Positions 28,575-39,633 are shown, numbered from the stretch's first letter. The stretch: 64,000 bases of DNA from Candidatus Hydrogenedentota bacterium (GCA_045863335.1 BTVY01000023.1:42210-106209), one strand, 5' to 3'. The notes: generated from the letters alone by a model not told the origin. Program-made: numbers and translations.

Positions 28575-29357
28575 ATGTCGCACCCCACCATCGAAGCGCC
28601 CCCACCGCTGCCGCCATCCGAACCCCGCCCCTGGGGATTCTGGATGACGACGGCGTTCACCGTGGCCATCTACGGCATTTACATCGTGATTCAGACCGGG
28701 ATAGGTGTCATCATGGCGGTGCTGTGGTCCGTGCGCCAAGGGGGTGCCGACCCCAGCGCGTACGCTGAAGACCTCATGAACAACGGCCTGTTTGTCGCCG
28801 TGGCTACACTCGTTGCGGGCCCCCTGTGCATCCTGGTCACGCTGGCCCTGGCGCACTTCCGCAAGGGAATCACGCTGCGCGACTATCTCGCGCTCCGGCG
28901 CCCCCCCATTCTCCAGTCCATCGGCTGGACGGTCCTAACCGTCGTCGTGTTGTTCGGCATGGACTCCGTCCGCATTGCCGTCGGCGAACCGCTGGTCCCG
29001 GAGATCGTCGTCGCGTGGTACGAAACCGCCGTTCTCCTGCCCGTGCTCGTCCTGGCCATCGTCGTGACCGCCCCCGTCATGGAAGAACTCGTCACCCGCG
29101 GTTTCATGTATCGCGGCCTCGCCGCGTCCCGCGTGGGGATCCCGGGCGCGATTGTGCTCACGTCGCTCTTCTGGGCCGCCCTGCACTTCGGACAGTACAA
29201 CTTGCTCAACACCGGGATGATCTTCCTCTTCGGCCTCATCCTCGGCGGCGCCCGCGCAACATCCGGCTCGATCTACCTCCCCCTCTTCCTCCACGCCCTC
29301 AACAACGGTATCTCCACCTTCCAGATCGCGTACTTCATCGGACAAGCGGGCCAATAG
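28575..29357 (+). CDS. CPBP family intramembrane metalloprotease (CAAX/Abi)
   Basis: APVMEELVTRG, FWAALH and LHALNN motifs; multiple TM helices. Confidence 0.9.
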   Translation: MSHPTIEAPPPLPPSEPRPWGFWMTTAFTVAIYGIYIVIQTGIGVIMAVLWSVRQGGADPSAYAEDLMNNGLFVAVATLVAGPLCILVTLALAHFRKGITLRDYLALRRPPILQSIGWTVLTVVVLFGMDSVRIAVGEPLVPEIVVAWYETAVLLPVLVLAIVVTAPVMEELVTRGFMYRGLAASRVGIPGAIVLTSLFWAALHFGQYNLLNTGMIFLFGLILGGARATSGSIYLPLFLHALNNGISTFQIAYFIGQAGQ

Positions 29358-29521
29358 CGATTTCGTCTAGCCGAACCAACGGATCACCCGAAGCGGTGGC
29401 GACGAGTACAGTCCCGAAGTGAGGAACTTGGTATCTTTTCCGAATGAGCCACAACCCGTCATAGCGCTTTCTTTAACCATGTCCGCTCTTCAGAGACACG
29501 GCGGCGCCAAGCCGCCGGAGT

Positions 29522-29630
29522 GGCCCGACGGGCCTAAATACAAATAGCCCTGGGTTGACGCGCGACCCGTGCGGCTACCCAGGGTATCGGGCGTACTCTT
29601 CTCGGAAATCCCCTGTAAGGGGTACATAGC
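29522..29630. repeat. Multi-hairpin REP/MITE-like element between convergent genes
   Basis: ggccc-gac-gggcc, ccctgggt...acccaggg and cccct-gta-agggg stems. Confidence 0.5.
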
Positions 29631-29643
29631 TGGCGGAGACGAT

Positions 29644-30357
29644 CTAATCCCGCGACATGAAGAGCCGGAGCACGTACCAGAACAGCAGGGCCACGCTGGC
29701 AAACAAGGCAAGCGACGCGGCGACATGCTGGCCGATGTGGTACTCGTGAAGGATATTGGATGTGTTGTAGAGGATGTACGCGCAGGCGAATCCGATCATC
29801 AGCACCGTGAACAGCACGCCGAGATTGAACCCAAACAGGATGCTGCACACGATCACGCCCAGCGCGACAATCCCCGCCACGCCGAGGAAGGGTCCCAGGA
29901 AGGAAAAGTTCTTGCGCGTGAAGAACACGAATACGGTCAATGCCGCAAAGATACCAATCGTCGCAATCGCCGCGGACGGGATAACGCCCGGCCCGCCGAA
30001 CCGCGTGGCCACGTAGAGCATGGGTAGAAAAAGGAAGGCTTCGGCCACCACGTACAAACCCAGGCCCATGTATTGGGTGGAGAGTGAAGTCGTCGAAACC
30101 GCCCAACGGTTGGCAATGTAGCTGACACCCATGAATCCGCCCAGCACCAACATCCACATGTAGCCATTCGTCATGGCCATGGTCATCTGTTCCGCGATGG
30201 GCAGACTCAGCAACACCGCTTCGATGGCAATGAACGCGACGATCGCCCCGAGCAGGTGCAGGTACGTCTTGACAATGAACGACGAGCGTTCGTCCACGGA
30301 TGCCTGATCGGCCAGGGTGTACTCAGCAGGTCGTAAGGTCTGGGCGTCGTAGCTCAT
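29644..30357 (-). CDS. Bax inhibitor-1/YccA family membrane protein
   Basis: FIVKTY.HL, ~7 TM helices, KNFSFL, YILYNTS.I and LFASVALLFWYVLR. Confidence 0.9.
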   Translation of the reverse strand: MSYDAQTLRPAEYTLADQASVDERSSFIVKTYLHLLGAIVAFIAIEAVLLSLPIAEQMTMAMTNGYMWMLVLGGFMGVSYIANRWAVSTTSLSTQYMGLGLYVVAEAFLFLPMLYVATRFGGPGVIPSAAIATIGIFAALTVFVFFTRKNFSFLGPFLGVAGIVALGVIVCSILFGFNLGVLFTVLMIGFACAYILYNTSNILHEYHIGQHVAASLALFASVALLFWYVLRLFMSRD

Positions 30358-30440
30358 GGGGGAGCGCCTCCTGTTGGTGTGAGTGCCTTCTGCACGCCGC
30401 TATCGTACTACGCGCCCCCGCAGAATGGCAACGGGAAGGG

Positions 30441-30577
30441 AATTGTGAATTAAGAATCAAGAATTAAGAATTAAGAAAGTGATGATACGAGCCGGGTGCG
30501 CGCCCGTGAGTAAACTCAAGAGTAGGAAAGATTTCTCGAGTCTTCCATCCCCAATTCATAATTCGTAATTCGTAATT
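30441..30577. repeat. Inverted AT-rich 7-bp-periodic arms (AATTAAG)n / (AATTCGT)n
   Basis: aattgtg aattaag aatcaag aattaag aattaag at 30441-30475; aattcat aattcgt aattcgt aatt at 30553-30577. Confidence 0.8.
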
Positions 30578-30585
30578 TCCATTTC

Positions 30586-32868
30586 TCATCCTCCTTTCGC
30601 GGCTCTAAACTGAAGCACATCACCGGTCTCCGTCTCCAGGGCGGCGATCCCGTCCGCCGTCTCGACGGGCGTCCAGGCACTGCCGTTTCGTTGCATTTCC
30701 GCTTTCCCCCACGGGAGCGCGGCGCGCAGCGTGCCGCCAACCGTACTGGCAACCCGGAGTTCGCTTACGTTTCCTTCCGCAATTGCGGCGCTGACGAGAA
30801 ACCCTCCTTGGGTGCGCAAGTTCTCGAAAGACCCGGGGATATGCGATGGCCATGCGGGGAACACGCGAACCACGTCGCCGACGCTTTGCAGCAGCAGTTC
30901 CATGACGGGCAAGGCCGCTCCGAACATCTCCGTGTAGTGCCCGAAGTCGTTGAACCGGAAACGCGGATCGAGACGATTAAAACTCAGCGTGCCGTTGCGG
31001 CGCTCGCGCCACATCAACTCCGTGCGCAGGAAGTCGTGGGCGTCGGCCGTGCTGAGGCGCGCGCGCGTGACGGCCAGCATCACGGGGGCGTTGTTCCCGT
31101 TGTGCTGCAAGTGCTGGAGCGTGTTGGTAAACAAGGCCCGCTCTGGATCAGGCGATGCGAAGGTCACCACATCGCCGGGAAACACCGGCGTGGTCGGCAC
31201 GGGGATGTTGTATTCGATGGGCGGCGCGTCCTCCACGTCGACAACAATATTCGGATCGTCGCTCCAAACGGGATAGTCCGGCAGAAGCGCTTCCGCCGCG
31301 CGCCACTCTTCGATCTTGTCTGCGTCCACACCCAACGTCGTAGCGCCCTCGATGGCGGCGTTGAATATGTAGCGGAACATAGCAATGTCGAAGGTGCAAT
31401 TCCGGTTCCGCTCGAAGTTCTCCGTCCACCCCCAATGCTCCGGCGATACGCTCGGCGCGAGCACAACATGGTCGCCGTCGCGTTCGCATTGGGCGACGAA
31501 GTCGGCCTGAAAATCGGCCACGTCCCGCACTGCGGGATAGGCCACGTCCCGCAGGAATTCCGGGTCGGGATCGTACTTGTAGTGCCACCACAAGGGCTGC
31601 ACGCTGAACCCGTTTACGCCCTGCGTGAATCCCCACTCGTGGTGAATGTACTGTCGGCCTCCGGGCGATTTGCATGCGGCCGGCTCCGGCGGTTCGTAGG
31701 CAAACAACACGTGCGGGATGTACGCGCCGTCCATGTCGAAGATGGTCCGCGCCATCCACCGCGCGCGCGGCAGATACTCGGAAATGAGCCGGTCGTAGGG
31801 TTCCGTCAGTTCGCACTGGTTCGCCGCGTACGCCGACCAGTAGGTCTGCTGGATGTTGTAGTTGGTGTGATAGTCGCCGTGCCACGCGGGCTTGTCGTCG
31901 AGCAACCCCGCGAAGAGGCCCGTGCTCACGACGCCGGGTTTCGACACGCAGCGCAGGAAGTACAGGTTCCGGTACCACACGCGTTCAAGGACGGGATCAT
32001 CAATCGAAATGCCGCTTCTACTCCAGAAGTCGGCCCAAGCCGATTCATGTGATCCGGGATTCGTTGGCGACGCCGGCTGCACGGCACCATGGGCGATGGT
32101 CATGGCCAACCGCTTCGGATTCTCGTTCTCAAGCGAGGTCACCACCGAGGCCGACGCGGCGCCCTCGTGTTGCGCCATTGCAACGGCGAATGACATGCCC
32201 GGCCAATCTAAATCACCGGGAATATCCTGCGCCGCCCAGACAACGCCCTCTTCCGTTCCGGTCTCGGCGGCGGGGATTCCCTCCGACGCAATTGCTTCCA
32301 GCGAGGACTCCAACGTCCCCGAGGAATGCTCTACCAAAACTTGATTTGAGTCCGCGGGAATGACGACCGTGTAAGCGCCGCTTGCCGAGTGTATTTCGAT
32401 ACGCGCGCGCCGCAGATCGAGCTTCGCCACCAGCGGAGGCGCCGCGGCATCCGTGATCCGCATGACGCCACAAGCGCGCGGGCATGGGTAGGGGTTCGCG
32501 TGGTACGAGTCTGGCTTTTCCCAGGTGCTGCCTTCGGGGAGAATCAAGGTGCGATCCTCCCAGGGCCCGGCCGTGCCGAGTTCCTTCAACCGTTCCAGCG
32601 TGGGGATCGGCGGGTCCAGCGCCGACTCAAGACGCGCATCCCACACATCGTTCTTCGTGATGCGGATGACGAGATCATTGCCCTCCGCAAAGACAAGCGC
32701 GTTCAGATCGCCGTTGCCGATGAGGAGTGCGTCGTTGATGGGATCATCCAACGTGGCCAACGTGACCGCTGCGCGATCCAGCGCCTCCGGATACGGAACG
32801 TCTGCGACAGTGACTGGGCACACATAGACGAGTGCAATCGCCAGTAAACGTAACATCAAGTTAGTCAT
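30586..32868 (-). CDS. GH95-like glycoside hydrolase (alpha-L-fucosidase-like)
   Basis: ALLIGNGDL, H..AW.DFWSRS, WHGDYHTNYNIQQ.YW, PSVSPE and LLQS..VFPAWP..F.NLRTQGGFLVSA. Confidence 0.85.
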   Translation of the reverse strand: MTNLMLRLLAIALVYVCPVTVADVPYPEALDRAAVTLATLDDPINDALLIGNGDLNALVFAEGNDLVIRITKNDVWDARLESALDPPIPTLERLKELGTAGPWEDRTLILPEGSTWEKPDSYHANPYPCPRACGVMRITDAAAPPLVAKLDLRRARIEIHSASGAYTVVIPADSNQVLVEHSSGTLESSLEAIASEGIPAAETGTEEGVVWAAQDIPGDLDWPGMSFAVAMAQHEGAASASVVTSLENENPKRLAMTIAHGAVQPASPTNPGSHESAWADFWSRSGISIDDPVLERVWYRNLYFLRCVSKPGVVSTGLFAGLLDDKPAWHGDYHTNYNIQQTYWSAYAANQCELTEPYDRLISEYLPRARWMARTIFDMDGAYIPHVLFAYEPPEPAACKSPGGRQYIHHEWGFTQGVNGFSVQPLWWHYKYDPDPEFLRDVAYPAVRDVADFQADFVAQCERDGDHVVLAPSVSPEHWGWTENFERNRNCTFDIAMFRYIFNAAIEGATTLGVDADKIEEWRAAEALLPDYPVWSDDPNIVVDVEDAPPIEYNIPVPTTPVFPGDVVTFASPDPERALFTNTLQHLQHNGNNAPVMLAVTRARLSTADAHDFLRTELMWRERRNGTLSFNRLDPRFRFNDFGHYTEMFGAALPVMELLLQSVGDVVRVFPAWPSHIPGSFENLRTQGGFLVSAAIAEGNVSELRVASTVGGTLRAALPWGKAEMQRNGSAWTPVETADGIAALETETGDVLQFRAAKGG

Positions 32869-32919
32869 TCTGTTCCCCCTCCGTAGCCGCTACCGCGAAC
32901 ATTGAAGCGCTCGTCGCCC

Positions 32920-34338
32920 TCACTTCACCTGCCAGTGTTCGTTATCGGTTCGCGCGACTTTCAAGTATTCCTCGATGCGTTGGATCACGTCGGGATGTTC
33001 CTCCGCGACGTTATTCGTTTCTCCGATATCCGTGGAGAGATCGTAGAGTTCCAGCGGCTCGTCCTTCCCGTTCCGGACCGCTTTCCAGTCGCCGCTGCGT
33101 ACCCCCTGCTTGAATCCGCCTTCATGAAACTCCCAGTACAGATACTCGTGCTGCTTCTGCACGGGCTTGATGCCGCCCATGCCATGAAGACGAAGGGTCT
33201 GCACCATGGACATGCCGTCGATCCCATCTGGCGCTTCGCCGCCCGCGAGTTCGACCGCCGTGGGTAGAAAGTCCCAGAAGGCCCACACCTGATCGCTGGT
33301 CTGTCCCGCGTTCAAGGTGCCGGGCCAGCGCACGATCATGGGCACGCGAATGCCGCCTTCATAGAGATCGCGCTTGATCCCTTTGAGCGGACCATTACTG
33401 TCGAAGAAGTCGGGGTCGGCGCCCCCTTCCCGGTGTGGACCATTGTCGCTGGTGAAAAACACGATGGTATTCTCGTCGATCCCCAGTTCCTTCAAGCGGT
33501 CCATGAGCCGGCCCACATCTTGGTCCATCCGCGTAATCATCGCGGCGTGGCCTTTCTGCGGATTCGCCCATTCCTTTTCCGCGTAGCTCCCGTAGTCGGG
33601 CACTTCCATGCCGTCGCCGGTGGCACGTCCCCCCTCGTTGTTCGCGTGGGGCGTGGTCAGCGCAAAGTAGAGGAAGAACGGCTCATCCTGATGGCGGTTG
33701 ACAAAATCGAGGGCCTCCTGCGCGAAGAGGTCGTGCGAGTACGTCTCGCGTTCTATCGCGACGCCCTTGTCTGTCTCGCTCTGCACGTTTTCCGGCAGTT
33801 CGACGCGTTCCTCGTTTCGCCACAGGTGGTCGGGGTAGTAGTTGTGCGCGTGGCCCTGGTCAAGGTACCCGAAAAAGTAATCAAACCCCTGTTTGTTGGG
33901 CACGCCCGTCGTTTCTTCATTGCCGAGCCCCCATTTGCCGACGAGACCGGTGGTGTACCCCTGTTCTTTCAGCAGTTCCGCGACGGTCACGTCTTCGGGC
34001 CGCAACGGAACGCGTGCATTGCCGCGAATCCAGCAGTGTCCCGTGTGAAGTCCCGTCATGAGGGCGCAACGCGACGGCGCACACACCGTGCTGCCCGCGT
34101 AACATTGTGTGAACCGGATGCCTTCTTCCGCGAGTTGATCGATGCGCGGCGTCTGAATGACGTCCTGGCCGTAGCACCCGAGATCGCCGTAGCCGAGGTC
34201 GTCGGCCATGATGTAGATGATATTGGGACGACGGCCGCTTGCTCCCGCTTTCGCAGCACCCGCGCAGGCGCTCGCAACCAGTCCGCTGCCCGCCGCCAAT
34301 CCCGCGCTGCGCAGCCACTCCCGCCGGTTCATTCGCAT
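32920..34338 (-). CDS. Tat-exported arylsulfatase (S1, Cys-type)
   Basis: NRREWL Tat motif; PNIIYIMADDLG, CAPSR.LMTG, GKWGLG, SDNG and YEGGIRVP. Confidence 0.95.
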   Translation of the reverse strand: MRMNRREWLRSAGLAAGSGLVASACAGAAKAGASGRRPNIIYIMADDLGYGDLGCYGQDVIQTPRIDQLAEEGIRFTQCYAGSTVCAPSRCALMTGLHTGHCWIRGNARVPLRPEDVTVAELLKEQGYTTGLVGKWGLGNEETTGVPNKQGFDYFFGYLDQGHAHNYYPDHLWRNEERVELPENVQSETDKGVAIERETYSHDLFAQEALDFVNRHQDEPFFLYFALTTPHANNEGGRATGDGMEVPDYGSYAEKEWANPQKGHAAMITRMDQDVGRLMDRLKELGIDENTIVFFTSDNGPHREGGADPDFFDSNGPLKGIKRDLYEGGIRVPMIVRWPGTLNAGQTSDQVWAFWDFLPTAVELAGGEAPDGIDGMSMVQTLRLHGMGGIKPVQKQHEYLYWEFHEGGFKQGVRSGDWKAVRNGKDEPLELYDLSTDIGETNNVAEEHPDVIQRIEEYLKVARTDNEHWQVK

Positions 34339-34492
34339 CGTGGATTCCTCCCTCATCCATGCTGACATTTAGCCCTCCTATCTTAGTGCCTGGAGCCGGC
34401 CGCGACAACTGCAGACCAAACGACATCGCAAAACATCCTCTTCCACCGCACACATTGTCTGCGCTTTCGTGCTCCTGCTATTGTTGCGCGCT

Positions 34493-35515
34493 ATGGATAT
34501 TTCAGAACTTGATTATGATTTGCCCGATGAACTTATCGCGCAACACCCGAACGAGAAACGGGACGAATCCCGCCTATTGGTGGTCGATCGCGCGGACGGA
34601 TCGCTCCGCGAAGACGTCTTTCGAAACGTAGGCGCGCATCTCCGGGCCGGCGATTGCCTCGTGCTCAACGAAACACGAGTTATCCGCGCGCGGTTGCACG
34701 GGCGGAAGCCGTCCGGCGGCAAGGTGGAGATTTTTCTCCTGCATGAACATGAGCCGGGCGCCTGGGACGCGCTCGTCCGGCCTTCGGCGAAGGTTTCACC
34801 CGGGACGACGGTCGTTCTGGGCTCCGGGATGGAAGCCGTGGTCGAGGAGGTCTTGCCCGAGGGGCGGCGTCGCGTGCGGTTTCACGCGCCCGATGTCCTG
34901 CGTGTGCTGGAAGAATGCGGCGAAGTGCCGCTGCCACCCTACATTCACCGGAAAGGACCGGAGGATGCGGACCTGACTCGCTACCAGACCGTCTATGCCC
35001 AATCGCCGGGCGCCGTCGCGGCGCCGACGGCGGGTCTGCATTTCACGGATACGGTTTTTGCGGACCTGGAGCATCGGGGCGTACAACGCACATCTCTAAC
35101 CCTGCACGTGGGTTATGGAACCTTCAGCCCCATTCGCGGCGAGCGGGTGGAGGCCCATATTGTCGAACCCGAGGAGTTTGTCTTGCCCGAAGCCACCGCG
35201 GCAACGCTCAACGCGACGCGCGATGCGGGCGGACGCGTCGTCGCCGTGGGCACCACGTCCACGCGGGTGCTGGAGTTTCAGTACCGTCATGGTCAATTTC
35301 AGCCGGGTGCCGGTACGACCGGACTGTACATCTATCCGCCCTATACATACCGGGCCGTGGATGTCCTGCAGACCAATTTTCACCTGCCAAAGTCGAGTCT
35401 GCTGGCGCTCGTGTATGCGTTTGCGGGAATGGACTTGGCGCGGGAAGCCTATCGCTACGCCATCGCGAACCGGTTCCGCTTTTATTCCTACGGCGACGTG
35501 ATGCTGATTCTGTGA
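34493..35515 (+). CDS. queA: S-adenosylmethionine:tRNA ribosyltransferase-isomerase
   Basis: DYDLPDELIAQ, PLPPYI, YQTVYA, AAPTAGLHF, LHVG.GTF, TNFHLPKS and RFYSYGD. Confidence 0.98.
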   Translation: MDISELDYDLPDELIAQHPNEKRDESRLLVVDRADGSLREDVFRNVGAHLRAGDCLVLNETRVIRARLHGRKPSGGKVEIFLLHEHEPGAWDALVRPSAKVSPGTTVVLGSGMEAVVEEVLPEGRRRVRFHAPDVLRVLEECGEVPLPPYIHRKGPEDADLTRYQTVYAQSPGAVAAPTAGLHFTDTVFADLEHRGVQRTSLTLHVGYGTFSPIRGERVEAHIVEPEEFVLPEATAATLNATRDAGGRVVAVGTTSTRVLEFQYRHGQFQPGAGTTGLYIYPPYTYRAVDVLQTNFHLPKSSLLALVYAFAGMDLAREAYRYAIANRFRFYSYGDVMLIL

Positions 35516-35522
35516 CCCGCGC

Positions 35523-36122
35523 CTACTCCGCGTCCAGAAGCCGTTCAATCTCCTTGGCGAGGGCTTCCTCCAGCTGCGACTGGTGTTCGCCGTAGATGCT
35601 CTCTTCCCGGAGTAGGGCCAGGGCGGCCTTGCACTTGACCAGGGCCGTCTGCGCGTCGCCGGCTTCGATCGCTTTCTGAGCGGAGTTGTAGACGCGCTCG
35701 AATTTCAGGCGCGTATTCTTCGCGAAGCTTTCCGCCCGTTTCGAGGCCACTTCCGATTCGCTGGGCCGCAGCGAGGGGGAAATATAGGGGGGAATGCGCT
35801 CACCGTTCTGGCGGGCGCGCATGGCGCGGATGGCGTGCTCGGTGCGCGCGCGGGCTTCTGTAGCCCGCTCCTTGGAGACTTTCTTGGGGTCGAAGGTAGC
35901 AAGGTAGCGTCCCGTGCCCGGCGCAAAGAGTCCGTCCCGAATCGCCTGCTCAACAGTGGGAAGTCCCTTAACCTTGCCGGTAACGCTCAGGATGGCGCCG
36001 GTCCAGTGACCGGTATCGGTCCGGTCGTCCCTGGGTCCAATGACGATCACCAGTTCCGATCCCGAGGCCGCCAACCGCTGCATGAGCGGTTCGTGACGCC
36101 CCATCCCTCCGGCCCGATTCAT
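35523..36122 (-). CDS. Hypothetical protein, helical C-terminus
   Basis: 199-aa ORF filling the queA-aspS gap; no recognised motif; start uncertain. Confidence 0.5.
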   Translation of the reverse strand: MNRAGGMGRHEPLMQRLAASGSELVIVIGPRDDRTDTGHWTGAILSVTGKVKGLPTVEQAIRDGLFAPGTGRYLATFDPKKVSKERATEARARTEHAIRAMRARQNGERIPPYISPSLRPSESEVASKRAESFAKNTRLKFERVYNSAQKAIEAGDAQTALVKCKAALALLREESIYGEHQSQLEEALAKEIERLLDAE

Positions 36123-36255
36123 GGTCGTGGTCTTCCCAATCCCAGTGGCGCGATACGCGTGTACGTTTGAATTGCATGAATGGTACCACAGTCAATCGAG
36201 GATCAGAGAAGGCATCGAAACCAAAGGGCATAAACCGTTCCGCTCGCTGCGAAAT

Positions 36256-36284
36256 TTGACAATTCCCCCGTCAATGGCTACGAT
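36256..36284 (+). promoter_or_regulatory. Sigma70-type promoter for aspS
   Basis: TTGACA-N17-TACGAT 50 bp upstream of the ATG. Confidence 0.65.
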
Positions 36285-36334
36285 CCGGCGTTTAACTGCG
36301 GCACGATATCAGTACCCGCTCTGGAGAAACGACC

Positions 36335-38116
36335 ATGCATCCCTTTCGAACGCATACCTGTGGCGAGCTGCGTCCATCAGACGTAGACAAAGAGGTCCGG
36401 CTGTCGGGCTGGGTCCATCGCAAGCGCGACCACGGGGGCGTGATCTTCATCGACTTGCGCGATCACTATGGCCTGACGCAGGTCGTCATCAACCCGGATC
36501 AAGCCTTTTTCACGGAAGCCGAACAGGTGCGGTCGGAGAGCGTCATTCGCGTGGATGGCAAGGTCGTCGCACGCACGCCGGAAACGATTAATCCTAATCT
36601 CGATACCGGCGCGATCGAAGTCGTCGCCTCCAGTTTTCACGTGGAATCCGTCGCCGACCAGATCCCCTTCCCGGTCAACCAGGAGCTGGAGTACCCGGAG
36701 GAAGTGCGGCTGGCCCACCGGTTTCTGGATCTGCGCAAGGAACGGTTGCACAAGAACATTTTGCTTCGTTCCCAGACCGCACAGCTCACCCGCGCCCATT
36801 TGACGGAGCGCGGGTTTACCGAGTACCACACGCCGATCCTGACCAGTTCGTCGCCCGAGGGCGCGCGCGACTACCTGGTGCCCAGCCGGCTGTATCCAGG
36901 CGAGTTTTACGCCTTGCCCCAGGCGCCCCAGCAGTTCAAACAGTTGCTCATGATCTCCGGCTTCGACCGGTACTTCCAGATCGCGCCGTGCTTCCGCGAT
37001 GAGGACAGCCGCGCCGATCGCAGCCCGGGCGAGTTTTACCAGATCGATATCGAGATGTCCTTCATCACGCAGGACGATCTCTTTCACGAAATCGAGTTGC
37101 TCCTCGTGCGGTTGTTCAACGAGTTGTCGGACAAGACCATTCAGGCCAACCCCTTCCCGCGGATACCCTATCGCGAGGCCATGGAGAAATACGGCACCGA
37201 CAAGCCGGACATCCGCTTCGGGCTCGAGATGATCGAAGCGACGGACATCTTCGAGAACAGCGAGTTCAAAGTTTTCTCGGGCGCGGTGAAGAGCGGCGGC
37301 GCGGTGAAGGTCATCAACGCCAAAGGCGTCGCCACGCAATCGCGGAAATTTTTCGATGACGCGGAGGCCTTCGCCAAAGGCGAAGGGGCTAAGGGCCTGG
37401 CCTGGATCGCTCTGCGCGATGGCGAAATGAAAGGCCCCGTCGTCAAGTTCCTGAGCGAGGCGGAACAGAAAGCCCTCATCGAGCGGACTTCCGCCCGGGA
37501 AGGGGACGCCCTGTTCTTCGGCGCCGGCGACCGGACGGAAACCAATGCGCTGCTCGGCAAGGTGCGCGTGTACCTGGCGAACGCGCTGGGCATTGTCGAC
37601 AAAAACCTCGCGGCCTTCTGCTGGGTCGTCGACTTCCCTATGTTCGAGTGGAACGAAGACGAAAAGAAAGTCGACTTCTCCCACAACCCCTTCTCCATGC
37701 CCCAGGGCGGCATGGAAGCCTTGACGGAAATGGATCCCCTGGACGTGCTCGCGTTCCAGTATGACGTCGTGTGCAACGGCATCGAGTTGTCGTCCGGCGC
37801 CATTCGCAATCACCGGCCCGAGGTCATGCTCAAGGCCTTCGAGATCGCGGGGTACTCTGACGAGACGGTGAAGTCCAAATTCCCGGCCTTGTGGAAGGCC
37901 TTCCATTACGGCGCGCCTCCTCACGGCGGCATCGCGCCCGGTTTCGATCGTATCGTCATGCTGCTCGCCGACGAGCCCAACATCCGCGAAGTTATCGCCT
38001 TCCCGCTGAATCAAAAGGCGCAGGATCTCCTCATGGGCGCTCCAAGCGAAGTCACGCCCCGGCAGTTGCAGGAACTGCATCTGCAGATCAAATATCCGCC
38101 GAAGGTGGAGAAGTAA
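36335..38116 (+). CDS. aspS: Aspartate--tRNA ligase (probably non-discriminating Asp/Asn)
   Basis: [45 protein letters not shown] and GAPPHGG; His in RDHGG is typical of the ND type. Confidence 0.98.
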   Translation: MHPFRTHTCGELRPSDVDKEVRLSGWVHRKRDHGGVIFIDLRDHYGLTQVVINPDQAFFTEAEQVRSESVIRVDGKVVARTPETINPNLDTGAIEVVASSFHVESVADQIPFPVNQELEYPEEVRLAHRFLDLRKERLHKNILLRSQTAQLTRAHLTERGFTEYHTPILTSSSPEGARDYLVPSRLYPGEFYALPQAPQQFKQLLMISGFDRYFQIAPCFRDEDSRADRSPGEFYQIDIEMSFITQDDLFHEIELLLVRLFNELSDKTIQANPFPRIPYREAMEKYGTDKPDIRFGLEMIEATDIFENSEFKVFSGAVKSGGAVKVINAKGVATQSRKFFDDAEAFAKGEGAKGLAWIALRDGEMKGPVVKFLSEAEQKALIERTSAREGDALFFGAGDRTETNALLGKVRVYLANALGIVDKNLAAFCWVVDFPMFEWNEDEKKVDFSHNPFSMPQGGMEALTEMDPLDVLAFQYDVVCNGIELSSGAIRNHRPEVMLKAFEIAGYSDETVKSKFPALWKAFHYGAPPHGGIAPGFDRIVMLLADEPNIREVIAFPLNQKAQDLLMGAPSEVTPRQLQELHLQIKYPPKVEK

Positions 38117-38196
38117 GAGCGGCTCGCGCATATCTGCGGCATGTTTGAGGATCCGCATCGGGTTGCCGTTGACCGCGGAAATCTGGAGGCAGGCGT

Positions 38197-39633
38197 ATGA
38201 CGTTTCGACCCCTTCTGCTTGCAGCTTGCGCTGCGATTTGGGCAGGCGCCGTTGGCGCGCAGCCGTCCGCTGACCTCGGTCATACGGATTCCAACCGGTA
38301 TCTGACGTTTCATGGCGAAGGCGTCGTCCTCGTCGGTGACAGCGGCACCCAGTGCGTCATGCAGAACACCAACCTCGACTATCGCCGCTGGATCGAGGAC
38401 TGCGCCGACGCGGGGTTGAGCGTGGTCCACATCTGGTCCTTCGTGGTGCCCCGGCAACAGCTCGACGGCAGCGATGTGGAGGACCGCTACGGCTACGTCT
38501 ACCCCGGGATTACCCCGTGGGCGCGCAAGATCGACGGTCCCCGAGCGAAAGACGGCGGGTTCCAATGGGACCTGCACGCTTGGGATGAAGGTAATGACCC
38601 CACCCACTACTGGCCACGCTTACGGGACTTCTGCGCCTACGCGAAAGAGAAGGGGCTCGTGGTGGGAATCACCGTGTTCTGGGGGTGGCCGAAGCACCCG
38701 TCGGATTGGGCGTATCATCCGTTCAACAGCGTGAACGGCGGTCCGGTCACGGAAGACGTGCGGATACACGTGTCACAAGTGCAACGCATCGCCACGCCCG
38801 GCCTTGAAGTGTGGGAAGAGACTTACGCAAATGATTGGGACACGGCAAAGAAGACTCAATGGCACTGGGAACGGCTCGCGAAAAAGCTCATCGACGACAC
38901 GGCGTCCTTCGGAAACGTGTTCTTTGTCTTCATGGACGAACATTCCTACGATGAGGGCAACGGGGGCGACCACTTCCGGGATTTCTTCAAGAAGCGCGGG
39001 GCTTTGTGGGTGGATTGGGATAAACGCCGTGAGTCGGTGGATGTGGTCTTTGCAGATATCGCGTACCGTGCGGATTCGGGGAAGAATTCCGGTACCGTGA
39101 AACTCGTAACACGCCAGCCGTTGCGGCCCTTCATCATCCTGGAAGGAGGCCCCTACGCGGGCGACGAAGTCCGCGCCGCGATCTGGACGACGCTCGTGGG
39201 CGGCGGCAATTACGTCTTCCACAACGACGCCGAGCAGGAAACGGTCCAAACCGGGATCATGGGCTACGATCCGAACGTCCCGGGCGGCGACACGGGACAA
39301 ATCCGCCGGGAATGGCTGGGCCACGCGTCCCGTTTCTTCAACGACGCGGTGGAGAGCCTGGACAGCCTGATGCCTCACAATGAACTGACGGGCGATGGCA
39401 CTTTTTGCCTCGCCGATCCGGGCCGCGAGTACGTCGTCTATTCGATGGCGGGGAGCGCGTCCATCCCGTTGACCCTGCACGGTCCGGGAGCCGTCGAGTC
39501 GCTGCGGTTGTACAACCCGCGAACGGGCGAATGGATAGAAAGCGCGGAGCATACATCCGCGGGTTCGACTATGACCGTCAACAAGCCCGATGCAGACGAC
39601 TGGGTCCTGCTTGTGCATCAATCAGTTGAATAG
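38197..39633 (+). CDS. Secreted putative glycoside hydrolase (DUF4038/apiosidase-like TIM barrel, C-terminal collagen-binding-like domain)
   Basis: Signal peptide; YW.RL...AKEKG.VV; C-terminal CLADPGREYVVY...YNPRTGE...DDWVL. Confidence 0.6.
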   Translation: MTFRPLLLAACAAIWAGAVGAQPSADLGHTDSNRYLTFHGEGVVLVGDSGTQCVMQNTNLDYRRWIEDCADAGLSVVHIWSFVVPRQQLDGSDVEDRYGYVYPGITPWARKIDGPRAKDGGFQWDLHAWDEGNDPTHYWPRLRDFCAYAKEKGLVVGITVFWGWPKHPSDWAYHPFNSVNGGPVTEDVRIHVSQVQRIATPGLEVWEETYANDWDTAKKTQWHWERLAKKLIDDTASFGNVFFVFMDEHSYDEGNGGDHFRDFFKKRGALWVDWDKRRESVDVVFADIAYRADSGKNSGTVKLVTRQPLRPFIILEGGPYAGDEVRAAIWTTLVGGGNYVFHNDAEQETVQTGIMGYDPNVPGGDTGQIRREWLGHASRFFNDAVESLDSLMPHNELTGDGTFCLADPGREYVVYSMAGSASIPLTLHGPGAVESLRLYNPRTGEWIESAEHTSAGSTMTVNKPDADDWVLLVHQSVE

